Source: Candidatus Microgenomatus sp.
GTDB lineage: Bacteria; Patescibacteriota; Microgenomatia; UBA8517
Reading direction: 5' to 3'
Length of the DNA stretch: 64,000 nucleotides
Assembly: GCA_020724585.1 (NCBI GenBank)
Contig: DYGS01000001.1
Coordinates: forward strand, 559,027 to 623,026
Positions 28,183-36,375 of this stretch are shown here, one piece after another. Made by a program: the position numbers and the translations under genes. How positions within the stretch are numbered: position 1 is the stretch's first letter; each line of letters starts with the position of its first letter. Below the pieces are notes generated by a model. It searched no databases, was not told where the DNA came from, and worked only from the letters and a program-made list of their open reading frames with translations.

Positions 28183-28800
28183 ATGACAATACTTATTTGG
28201 ATACTCGCTTTCGTGGTTGCAATTACTATTCATGAGGCAGCTCATGCTTGGATGGCAGACAAACTTGGTGACCCAACCGCAAGACTTATGGGAAGGCTTT
28301 CCCTAAATCCCCTCGTACATTATGACCCAGTTGGCACAACTATGCTTTTAATCTTAGCTGTCATGCGCGCACTTGGGGCACCAGTCATCCCCTTTGGTTG
28401 GGCAAAACCAGTTGAGTTTGATCCCTATAATCTTAAAAACCCAAGAAAAGACTCTGCACTAATTTCACTTGCAGGGCCCGCATCAAACTTATTAATTGCT
28501 GTCATATTCGGAATAATTGGAAAACTTTTCCCCTTCTTAGCTTTTATTTCTGTTCCTTTTATTATTTTAAATGTTTCGCTCGCAATATTTAATTTAATAC
28601 CCGTTCACCCATTAGATGGCGGCAAAATCTTAGTTGGAATTTTACCTAAAAAAGAAGCGTATTTGACTGAAGCATTTTTAAGTAGATTTGGGTTTATACT
28701 GCTTCTTTTTTTAATATTGCCATCTTTTGGCGGTTCATCTCTAGCATCTATCTTGATTTCTCCATTTATTAATTTCTTCATAAACCTTTTAGTACCCTAA
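28183..28800 (+). CDS. M50-family (site-2 protease-like) zinc metalloprotease, small membrane form
   Basis: HEAAHAWMA (HExxH) in first TM; multiple TM; NLIPVHPLDGGKIL motif. Confidence 0.75.
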   Translation: MTILIWILAFVVAITIHEAAHAWMADKLGDPTARLMGRLSLNPLVHYDPVGTTMLLILAVMRALGAPVIPFGWAKPVEFDPYNLKNPRKDSALISLAGPASNLLIAVIFGIIGKLFPFLAFISVPFIILNVSLAIFNLIPVHPLDGGKILVGILPKKEAYLTEAFLSRFGFILLLFLILPSFGGSSLASILISPFINFFINLLVP

Positions 28801-28984
28801 ATTGCCTCTGGTTTAGTATTGACTTAAGTTGATACAATATATATGGCTCTGGTTGACAATATCGGTGTTTTAGATGACGATTTTCCTGACTAAATCGTAT
28901 TAAAAGGGAGAGCGCGTCTTGTTACAAGCCTTTGTGCTTTGATGAGTAGCTCACCCACCTGGTATTTTCCAGGAAATTCAACTA

Positions 28985-29095
28985 TTACGCCCTTTGTTAA
29001 CTAGGGCTATTTTTTTGCTAAAACAAGCGCAAAACAGGATTTCGCTTTTTTTGTGTGAGATATATAGCCATTTTGTTTTGAAAATGCTATATAAT
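28985..29095 (+). repeat. partial copy of the MITE-like repeat (core GCTTTTTTTGTGTGAGATATATAGCCATTTTGTTTTGA); here it forms the upstream region of the tRNA genes
   Basis: Aligned by eye to 4190-4240. Confidence 0.5.
29086..29095 (+). promoter_or_regulatory. extended -10 promoter element TGcTATATAAT for the tRNA-Thr/tRNA-Tyr transcript
   Basis: TGn + TATATA/TATAAT ending ~10 nt before the tRNA 5' end (29106). Confidence 0.35.
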
Positions 29096-29105
29096 ATGTA
29101 AACTC

Positions 29106-29178
29106 GCCGGGGTAGCTCAGTGGTAGAGCAATGCTTTTGTAAAGCATGGGTCGAAGGTTCAAATCCTTTCCTCGGCTC
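29106..29178 (+). tRNA. tRNA-Thr (anticodon UGU)
   Basis: Cloverleaf folded by hand: acceptor GCCGGGG/CCTCGGC, D arm GCTC..GAGC, anticodon stem ATGCT/AGCAT with loop TTTGTAA, T arm GAAGG TTCAAAT CCTTT. Confidence 0.8.
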
Positions 29179-29204
29179 AAAAATACGGCATTTTTTACAC
29201 ATTA

Positions 29205-29287
29205 GCCAAGGTGGCGGAGTGGTCAATCGCACCTGTCTGTAGAACAGGCGACGCAAGTCTACCTAGGTTCGAATCCTAGCCTTGGCA
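29205..29287 (+). tRNA. tRNA-Tyr (anticodon GUA), class II with long variable arm
   Basis: Acceptor GCCAAGG/CCTTGGC, anticodon stem CCTGT/ACAGG with loop CTGTAGA, long variable arm, T arm TAGGT TCGAATC CTAGC. Confidence 0.8.
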
Positions 29288-29350
29288 CTCGCCTTGCTCG
29301 TGCTCGCGACTATGATTCGATGATGCACGGGAATTTCATACTATGCATGG

Positions 29351-29365
29351 CGAATCCTAGCCTTG
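29351..29365 (+). repeat. 15-nt duplicate of the tRNA-Tyr 3' end (CGAATCCTAGCCTTG) 64 nt downstream of the tRNA
   Basis: Identical to 29270-29284; abuts GC-rich repeat copy A. Confidence 0.7.
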
Positions 29366-29366
29366 T

Positions 29367-29517
29367 CAGTGCTGTGGTACGAAAAAATTCGAAATCAATA
29401 TGCGAAAGCGTATTGATTGTTATTTTCCGATATTTCAAATCGTTTTAGCTCGTCCCGCCAAGCGGGACTCGCTTCCCGCTCCGGCTCGGCCTATTGGCCT
29501 CGCCTTCGCAAAGTGCT
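29367..29517 (+). repeat. GC-rich palindromic dispersed repeat, copy A (~150 nt; contains hairpin GTCCCGC-caa-GCGGGAC)
   Basis: Near-identical inverted copy at 32431-32574; shorter copies at 41848-41935 and 45648-45729. Confidence 0.8.
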
Positions 29518-29670
29518 GGCTCGAATCCTTTTTATGTTTTTAAAATGCAAAAATTTTTCGATTTTGGGAAACCAAAATCGTCGCGTTATATTTTTAGCTT
29601 ATTCCGTGAAGTAATAAGTTCAAGTAGAAAAATATTTCACTTAAACTAAAAGTGATAAAATACCTGCATA

Positions 29671-30174
29671 ATGATTAAAATAATTACCAATACGGTCTTG
29701 GTTTTAGGAAAAAAGCTTATATCAAAAGGGGTTCGTGGCAGTTTAATTTTTAACTTCTCTGTCTTAGCCATAATCTTTTTGTTACTACATTTACTTTTAC
29801 CACCAAATTTAATTAATGACCTTTCGGATAATTTTAATAAAGTTGCGATTGGTATTGCAGCTTTGATAACTGCTTATTTCGGTAGTTCGTATTTTAGGGA
29901 GGAATTGTCGCGTAAGAAAAATATTGAACACTACCGAGCAAAATATCCGCCCAATGTTCATGGAACAAAGTATAGAATTATCGAAAGTGTAAACCAGCCT
30001 GGAGCGATTTATTTACACGACTTGGAAACCCTACACAAACACCACATTTGGAATATGAAGACTGTTTATGATTTAGGGTGGCAAGCATTCGAAAGGGTTA
30101 AACTACCAAGCCAAGACTTCGATTCAATTTTAATTGGTGATCCGATAAGAACTCGTGGAGAACTTGGAGAGTAA
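29671..30174 (+). CDS. hypothetical membrane protein
   Basis: 167-aa ORF with N-terminal TM helices; inside the inverted-repeat-flanked cassette. Confidence 0.4.
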   Translation: MIKIITNTVLVLGKKLISKGVRGSLIFNFSVLAIIFLLLHLLLPPNLINDLSDNFNKVAIGIAALITAYFGSSYFREELSRKKNIEHYRAKYPPNVHGTKYRIIESVNQPGAIYLHDLETLHKHHIWNMKTVYDLGWQAFERVKLPSQDFDSILIGDPIRTRGELGE

Positions 30175-30198
30175 TAAAATTGGAGAAACAGTAAGCCA

Positions 30199-30705
30199 TT
30201 AACCCAATTTTTCTTGTTGAGGAAGTGAATAAAATCTTGGTGTATAAACTTTGACTTCAGCTACATCATTAACTCTAATTATTCCTGATCTATACACTAC
30301 TCCAACTAGACCTCTTAAACCCATTGCATGTTTGTAAAAATCCCCTGGTCTTACATGTTCGTATACTTTTTGAATTTCTTTTCCTGGTCCTGAACAAGGT
30401 TTATTTTCTTCTTCAACCAATAAAATTGCATCGTCTGGGAATCTTAATATTGTCCCTCTAGGTAAACTTGTAAAATTCGAGATACCTTCAAAGTTTATAT
30501 TTGCTCCTAAAAGATCAGCTGTTATTGATCCTGTTTCTAAATTAACTGCAATTTTATCTAATTCTTCCTGTGATACTGCAGTCCATTGCCTCCAATTTCT
30601 AACCTCAATCTTTTTTGGAAATTCCTTATCATTTAACCATTCACGATCTCTAACATCAGAGAGCTTACCTTGACCTGAATATTTATTTCCAACAATACCA
30701 CTCAA
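30199..30705 (-). CDS. MOSC-domain protein (YiiM-like)
   Basis: GANINFEGIS...GTILRFPDDAILLVEEENKPCSGPG matches the MOSC pattern GENL..G......G..LRIG.A.LEVT.PR.PC. Confidence 0.55.
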   Translation of the reverse strand: MSGIVGNKYSGQGKLSDVRDREWLNDKEFPKKIEVRNWRQWTAVSQEELDKIAVNLETGSITADLLGANINFEGISNFTSLPRGTILRFPDDAILLVEEENKPCSGPGKEIQKVYEHVRPGDFYKHAMGLRGLVGVVYRSGIIRVNDVAEVKVYTPRFYSLPQQEKLG

Positions 30706-30824
30706 ATCAACAACTAGTTCTGCAACTGGTATTGTTACTGAAGATTAATATCACCTGTGTTATAAAGTCCTGTAACTTTTCCATTTAGTTCTGCGCTCAT
30801 AATGGGGATATTCTACCAATTTAG

Positions 30825-31355
30825 TTATAGGATTGCAAAAGCACGAATTGGAGATCCATCACCATCTTTAATTTTAAGCGGGACACCATAAAACATAAAC
30901 TCTTTGTTTTCAGGTAGCTTGTCCATGTTTATTAAATCCGTAATTGTTAGTATTCCAGATTGTAATAATTTTCTTTCTAGCTCAACATCAAGTTCTGCAG
31001 TATTACCCACAACTACAAATAATGGATTAGCTTCTTTTAATTTTTCAAATAAACTTAAATCCAATTTTCCTTCTTTAAACGCAAGGCCAATATTTTTTGG
31101 AAATTCTGAGTTGATGTCCACCAAAACTGTTTTGCCAATATATTTTTCAAGAGGAATATTATCAATTGTTTCACCCTTTTCATCCATGTGAGCAAAGGCA
31201 TCTGCATGAGTTCCAATATGTGTAGACATTTGTAAATATCTTAATCTCCAACCCTCTTTGTCTAAATCGTGAATTTGCTTAATGTGGACTTCAGGATCAC
31301 CCGGGTATACTGGCATCCCATCAAAAAGTGGTTGGGACAAATCAATTACTTGCAT
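30825..31355 (-). CDS. cyclase-family protein (kynurenine formamidase-like)
   Basis: HxGTHxDxPxH motif STHIGTHADAFAH. Confidence 0.75.
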   Translation of the reverse strand: MQVIDLSQPLFDGMPVYPGDPEVHIKQIHDLDKEGWRLRYLQMSTHIGTHADAFAHMDEKGETIDNIPLEKYIGKTVLVDINSEFPKNIGLAFKEGKLDLSLFEKLKEANPLFVVVGNTAELDVELERKLLQSGILTITDLINMDKLPENKEFMFYGVPLKIKDGDGSPIRAFAIL

Positions 31356-31436
31356 AAGGTTATTTTAACATAAAAATACTTAAGAACTCTCCACATTATT
31401 GCTTTTTGTGGAGAGTTCTCACAACGACGGGTTTGG

Positions 31437-31850
31437 TTACAGGAACATGCCGAGGATGATTCCAAGCGCAACTTGCTTGAAGATGTAATATTGGCTGAGG
31501 CCAATAAATTCATAATCATCCAAACGATAGTTCACATCATGCTGACTGAAGTAGAAACCTACCGCGTATCCAAGACCTGTGACAAGCCACTTCACCGGAT
31601 CGATGAGGCTTTGCAGGTATGCATGCGCGAGCAAGAAACTGACGACAGTTGCAAGAACGCTGAACCATGTCCATAAACCAACCTTGACTGTCCAATCATC
31701 GTCGCGTGCAAACTTGTATTTGCGGAAGATGATTTTGTATGGACCTACCAAGAGGTATTTCCACACAATGAAGATGGGCCACAAAAATGCTTCAACCCAA
31801 TCTTCACGACTATTGCCTTTCTTAACTTGTGTTGTCATTTGATCCTCCAA
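31437..31850 (-). CDS. hypothetical membrane protein in a locally GC-rich (~45%) segment
   Basis: 137-aa ORF, 3 predicted TM helices, Trp-rich; composition differs sharply from flanks. Confidence 0.45.
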   Translation of the reverse strand: MEDQMTTQVKKGNSREDWVEAFLWPIFIVWKYLLVGPYKIIFRKYKFARDDDWTVKVGLWTWFSVLATVVSFLLAHAYLQSLIDPVKWLVTGLGYAVGFYFSQHDVNYRLDDYEFIGLSQYYIFKQVALGIILGMFL

Positions 31851-32400
31851 TTGATCTTGACAGGTGTGCTAATAAGCCAGACGCTTACTATGGGAGGTAG
31901 TATATCAGTCTGTTAGATAGTAACGCAACTTTTGGAGTGTTACTCTTTCTGCCCATTCACATGGCGTAAGCCACCACCCTTGTAGCTTTGGGGTGTTTTG
32001 TGTTGGGCAGGATTCCCTGTTAAGGGAATATTTCAGGAGCAATAGTTTTGTCTGTTCTGCCTTCTAACCAAGTGCTGTGCCGAAGGCACTTTGGAGTTGT
32101 TTTATAGCACTTGGGTAGTTGCCCTCTAGGGCAAATTGCGACTGAAATTGTAATTGCGGTACCGCAACCGCAATCCGTTAGCCGTAATGCGGCTACCTGG
32201 CCGTATCTACGGCCAGTTTACGGACTGCGTGAGGTACTTGACGGTTACCCGTCAAACCCCGTTATGGGTATTTACTGTGTTTGTGTTATGGCTATATTCA
32301 AGATCGTTTGAATTTATTCAAATGTGAATTGAACATAGACATATGATTTTTAGGATAAAAATCATATAATATCACTGCAAAGCAGTGAAATTTGGCTCGC
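31851..32400. other. ~550-nt GC-enriched non-coding region packed with short perfect hairpins; possible structured RNA or replication/recombination site
   Basis: No ORF >65 aa. Hairpins include TTGCGGTACCGCAA, GGCCGTATCTACGGCC, GACGGTTACCCGTC, TCCCTGTTAAGGGA, GTGCCGAAGGCAC. Confidence 0.3.
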
Positions 32401-32430
32401 AAGCCAAATTTAAAATCGCGTCTTTGAAAC

Positions 32431-32574
32431 AAGCGGAGGCGAGGCCAAAGGCCGAGCCGGAGCGAGAAGCGAGTCCCGCTTGGCGGGACGAGCTAATACG
32501 ATTTGAAATATCGGAAAATAACAATCAATACGCTCTCGCATATTGATTTCGAATTTTTTCGTACCACAGCACTG
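32431..32574 (-). repeat. GC-rich palindromic dispersed repeat, copy B (inverted relative to copy A)
   Basis: Reverse complement matches 29367-29517 with a handful of mismatches. Confidence 0.8.
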
Positions 32575-32605
32575 AGTAGGACATTGGCAAAAATTAGATA
32601 GCTCA

Positions 32606-33172
32606 TTACCTAATAATTGTTTCGAGTAATTCAGGAAATTTTTCTGTTTTCATTTCTTCATAAATAAAATGTCCTTTATCTTTAAACTTGTGGACCTCAA
32701 TATCTGGCAACACTTTTAATATTAAATCAACTGATTTATATATATCTTCATCATCGTCTTCTGATACAAATAAATGTATTTCTTTTATTCTGTTTTTTAA
32801 TTCTGAATCGATTTCAAATTCAAAAAAGTCTGTTGTTTTAACTCTGTCAGGATCAAGCCATGGAGCAACTAATATTAGTTTATCAATTTGTTTTTTGTTT
32901 TCTGTTAACCATCTAAGCAGAAATCCACCACCACAACTATAACCAACTAAAATAGATTCTTCGTTGATGTCAAATCTTTCAAATTCCTTTTTCCATTTTT
33001 TATAATCAGGTTTATATGCATCTGGCATTTCAGGAGTTTGTGTAAAAGTACCTTTAATTAATAATTGTTTTTGAAGCCAAGGAAACCAGTGGCTGTTAGA
33101 AAGTGACGGATACAAATCACTAAAATATTCTTCTTCCTCACAACTTCCATGAATAAGTATTGCTGTTTTCAT
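32606..33172 (-). CDS. RBBP9/YdeN-like alpha/beta serine hydrolase
   Basis: ILIHGS start, HWFPWL, nucleophile elbow GYSCGG, LVAPW. Confidence 0.65.
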   Translation of the reverse strand: MKTAILIHGSCEEEEYFSDLYPSLSNSHWFPWLQKQLLIKGTFTQTPEMPDAYKPDYKKWKKEFERFDINEESILVGYSCGGGFLLRWLTENKKQIDKLILVAPWLDPDRVKTTDFFEFEIDSELKNRIKEIHLFVSEDDDEDIYKSVDLILKVLPDIEVHKFKDKGHFIYEEMKTEKFPELLETIIR

Positions 33173-33233
33173 ATCAGTCTCTATTTTATCATCTTTTAAA
33201 ACAATTAATTCTATAATGATTTAAAATATAGAT

Positions 33234-34115
33234 ATGATAAAAAGTATTGCATATTCACAAAACTTATTAGTTGATGACGAATTGATCGAAAAACTTGTTT
33301 CACTTTCGAATATTGACCAAAACGATACTGTTTTAGAAATTGGAGCAGGTAAAGGAATAATAACTAAAGAACTTTTAAAAAAGGCAGGTTGTGTTGTGGT
33401 TTTTGAAATTGATGAGGAATTTGTCAGTATTCTTAAATCAATTTCTGATAATAAACTTGTAGTTAAAAACGGAAACTTCTTAGATTTTGATTTGCCAAAA
33501 GACAAGTATAAAGTTTTTGCAAACATACCATTTAATAAAACTTCTGAAATTATAAAAAGATTATTGTTTTCTAATAATCCTCCAACTAATACATATTTAG
33601 TTATTCAAAAAGAAGCAGTTGGGAGGTTTGCTGGAAAACCATTTGATAGCAAAAACGGTTTGCTTTCAGTTCTTTTTAATCCATGGTTTGAATTTGAAGT
33701 TACATATAAATTTAACAGAACAGATTTTAAACCAATACCGAATGTTGATACAGTTTTGTTAAATATTAAATTAAGAAGTACCCCAAAAGTTTTAGATCAA
33801 GACAAAGAAGCATATAGAGATTTTGTAGTTTTTGGATTTAACCAAATGGCTCCAAACATACTTGAAGGGTTATCAAAAGTTATTAATAAAAATCATATTA
33901 TAAAATTATTCAACAAACTAAACATTTCAACTGACTTAAAACCAACTGAATTAGATAAAGATATTTGGATTGAAATTTTTGAATTACTTAAATATCAAAA
34001 ACAAAACAAAAGAAACTTAATCAAAAACTCATATATTAAATGGGTTAAACAACAAGAAAATATGGAAAAAATAAATAGGACTAGGGTTGATACAGATTGG
34101 AAAAAGTTTAAATAA
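33234..34115 (+). CDS. Erm/KsgA-family rRNA adenine N6-methyltransferase (Erm-like)
   Basis: YSQNLLVDDELIEKLV, LEIGAGKGIITKEL (motif I), NIPFNKTSEII (NIPY motif). Resembles ErmC along the full length including the C-terminal domain. Confidence 0.7.
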   Translation: MIKSIAYSQNLLVDDELIEKLVSLSNIDQNDTVLEIGAGKGIITKELLKKAGCVVVFEIDEEFVSILKSISDNKLVVKNGNFLDFDLPKDKYKVFANIPFNKTSEIIKRLLFSNNPPTNTYLVIQKEAVGRFAGKPFDSKNGLLSVLFNPWFEFEVTYKFNRTDFKPIPNVDTVLLNIKLRSTPKVLDQDKEAYRDFVVFGFNQMAPNILEGLSKVINKNHIIKLFNKLNISTDLKPTELDKDIWIEIFELLKYQKQNKRNLIKNSYIKWVKQQENMEKINRTRVDTDWKKFK

Positions 34116-34182
34116 TCCCCATTCCAAGTGCTGTGCGTTAGCATATTGTACTAATTCTAAAAAAAAGATTATACTAAAGTAA

Positions 34183-34932
34183 GTGAATAAACTTGTTCTT
34201 ACAGTAGTTTTGATTCTGGGGATATTGATAGGTGGATATTTTTTGATAATACGCCTAAAAGATAGTAGTAAACCCAATCCGCCTATTAAGATTTTACAAC
34301 CATCACAGAAAGTTAGTTTTGAAACACCTAAAAAGGCCGCTCATTATGAAAGCAGTACTCCGTCTCATGGTGCAGTTTTAGCTATACCGCCTATTAATAT
34401 TGCAATTAATTTTAATTTTGATCTTGCTGATGCTTCAACTATTTCTATTACCGCAAACAAAAAGGAGTATGGAATTGACAAAACTACTGTCGATGATAAT
34501 AAACTCACATTAAGACGAAGTTTTGACCCGACAGCACCTGACGGAATTTATACAGTTTTATATAACGCCTGTTGGCCGAATGGAAGTTGCCATGACGGTA
34601 AATTCCAATTTGCAATAGATAGATCTAAGCTAAACGATGCTGTCGATATGCGAAACCAAAAAGTTGTGAATATTGATCTGTCTGGATCAACATTTATACC
34701 TAAAGATATTAGAATTAGCCAAGGAACACAAGTGATTTGGACAAATAGTGACAATGTCATTCACTATGTCAACACCGATTCACATCCTGCTCACTCGTAC
34801 TTTAAAGATCAGAATTCAAAAGCACTTAAAAAGAATGATGTCTATTCTTTAACATTTAATAACGAAGGTACATACCCCTATCATTGCAGTGCACATGCAG
34901 ATAATATGGTGGGTACTATAATTGTCGAATGA
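34183..34932 (+). CDS. membrane-anchored copper-binding protein: CopC-like domain fused to a type-1 cupredoxin domain
   Basis: N-terminal TM. H-x-G CopC-like start (HGAVLAIPP). C-terminal blue-copper ligand pattern HYVNTDSHPAH...YPYHCSAHADNMVGTIIV (H, C, H, M). Confidence 0.55.
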   Translation: MNKLVLTVVLILGILIGGYFLIIRLKDSSKPNPPIKILQPSQKVSFETPKKAAHYESSTPSHGAVLAIPPINIAINFNFDLADASTISITANKKEYGIDKTTVDDNKLTLRRSFDPTAPDGIYTVLYNACWPNGSCHDGKFQFAIDRSKLNDAVDMRNQKVVNIDLSGSTFIPKDIRISQGTQVIWTNSDNVIHYVNTDSHPAHSYFKDQNSKALKKNDVYSLTFNNEGTYPYHCSAHADNMVGTIIVE

Positions 34933-34935
34933 TAT

Positions 34936-35370
34936 TCACTCCCTTACTTTTCCGATAGACAACAATTTTTGTTTAATTTCTTTAATATCATAGTTGGCAA
35001 AGTTAACTCCATTTTTCTTGCACTCAACAAGTGCCAAAATATATCTTCGAGCTTTTCTTGCATCATCAATTTTTAAATGATTTATTGGGTTTGGCTTCTC
35101 AACTCCAAAAGTTTCAATTGAAAGTGAGGCAAAAAATATCCCCCTTGTAACATGGGCTGTATTAATAAATTCAATTGGGATCGGTCTTTCGTCTTTTGAA
35201 AATGGATTTGAGTAGATAATCGTTATTCTGTTTGTTGAAATTGTAATTTTATCGGGATAAAGCTCGAAGGGGAAAACACTCTTGGCCTCAAACAAAACCT
35301 CTTTGGAAAGTTTTGCCAGGGCTTCTAATTTATCCTCACCCGAATATACCGTTTTAGCAGTACTAGGCAT
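34936..35370 (-). CDS. hypothetical protein
   Basis: 144-aa ORF, no motif recognised. Confidence 0.4.
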   Translation of the reverse strand: MPSTAKTVYSGEDKLEALAKLSKEVLFEAKSVFPFELYPDKITISTNRITIIYSNPFSKDERPIPIEFINTAHVTRGIFFASLSIETFGVEKPNPINHLKIDDARKARRYILALVECKKNGVNFANYDIKEIKQKLLSIGKVRE

Positions 35371-35383
35371 TTAATTTCTAAAT

Positions 35384-36256
35384 TTATTGTATCATGGGTT
35401 GTCCAATTTTTGGCGTATAAGTATTAAATTCCTCTCTATTTACGATATTTTTTCCATCAAATGTAAATTTAACAAGAAGCCCCTTTTTTGTTTCCTCGCT
35501 CCACGATTGATCAAATATAAAATTCCCAAGCGAATAATATATCGGCCTGCTCATATATTCTTCATAATTTTGCACCCAATGAGGATGATGCCCAACAATT
35601 AAATCTGCGCCTAATTCAACCATTACTTTTGCTGTTTCAGTTTGAAACTTATTAGCCATATTTTTATATTCATCTCCCCAATGAGGACTAACAATTAAAA
35701 CATCAACCTTATTGTTACTTTCAGCTATTAGTTTCAAATCCTCTTCACTTAAGTTTCTATAAACTAAATTAAAACCCAAAAAACCAAAATTTGTGCCAGC
35801 TTTCTCAATTATTTCCAAATTAGTACCATCTACCCATTTAATCCCTAAATTATTTAAGTGTCTTTTTGTTTCATCTAATCCTTCTATACCAAAATTACCA
35901 CTGTGATTATTGGCAAGCGAAACTATATCAACACCCGATTCCCAAAGTCCTTTTGCAATTTCTGGTGTTGTACAAAATGAAAAACTGCCTTTATATTGCC
36001 TCGGACAGTTTTCAATAACCGCATTTTCAAGGTTTACAAAGGTTATGTCTGCATTTGATAAAAATGTTTTTACTTTTTCAAAAGGATATAAATAATTATT
36101 TCCATCAATCGCCTCCCCCATTACAGACCTTCCTAGCATTACATCGCCTGCAAACAAGATAGTTGCTTGGTTATTGGCTTCATTATTGACAATCACTTGA
36201 CGGGTAGAAATAAATGACAACAAAAAGGCAAAAACTGAAGAAATAAAATCACCCAT
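35384..36256 (-). CDS. capA: CapA/PgsA-family capsule (poly-gamma-glutamate) biosynthesis metallophosphatase
   Basis: ILFAGDVMLGRSV motif, GNHS..., HWGDEY, GHHPHW metallophosphatase signature. Confidence 0.75.
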   Translation of the reverse strand: MGDFISSVFAFLLSFISTRQVIVNNEANNQATILFAGDVMLGRSVMGEAIDGNNYLYPFEKVKTFLSNADITFVNLENAVIENCPRQYKGSFSFCTTPEIAKGLWESGVDIVSLANNHSGNFGIEGLDETKRHLNNLGIKWVDGTNLEIIEKAGTNFGFLGFNLVYRNLSEEDLKLIAESNNKVDVLIVSPHWGDEYKNMANKFQTETAKVMVELGADLIVGHHPHWVQNYEEYMSRPIYYSLGNFIFDQSWSEETKKGLLVKFTFDGKNIVNREEFNTYTPKIGQPMIQ

Positions 36257-36279
36257 ATTGTATAATCAAGTCTAGCACA

Positions 36280-36352
36280 AAAATATATTGCCTAGATAGC
36301 TCAGTTGGTAGAGCATTCCCATGGTAAGGGAAAGGTCTCGAGTTCAAATCTC
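36280..36352 (+). tRNA. tRNA-Thr (anticodon GGU)
   Basis: Acceptor GCCTAGA/TCTAGGC, D arm GCTC..GAGC, anticodon stem TTCCC/GGGAA with loop ATGGTAA, T arm TCGAG TTCAAAT CTCGA. Confidence 0.8.
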
Positions 36353-36375
36353 GATCTAGGCTCAAACTAATTTTC

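Noticed and set aside
28978-29256. 92-aa minus-strand ORF
   Set aside because: Lies antisense across tRNA-Thr, tRNA-Tyr and their promoter region; composition driven by the tRNA sequences.
29417-29614. 65-aa plus-strand ORF
   Set aside because: Entirely inside GC-rich repeat copy A; the same sequence occurs inverted at 32431-32574 where it is not an ORF.
31851-32400. Group II intron domain V, RNase P RNA, SRP RNA or tmRNA in the hairpin-rich non-coding block
   Set aside because: I could not find the conserved sequence signatures of these RNAs by eye. Retained only as an unclassified structured region.
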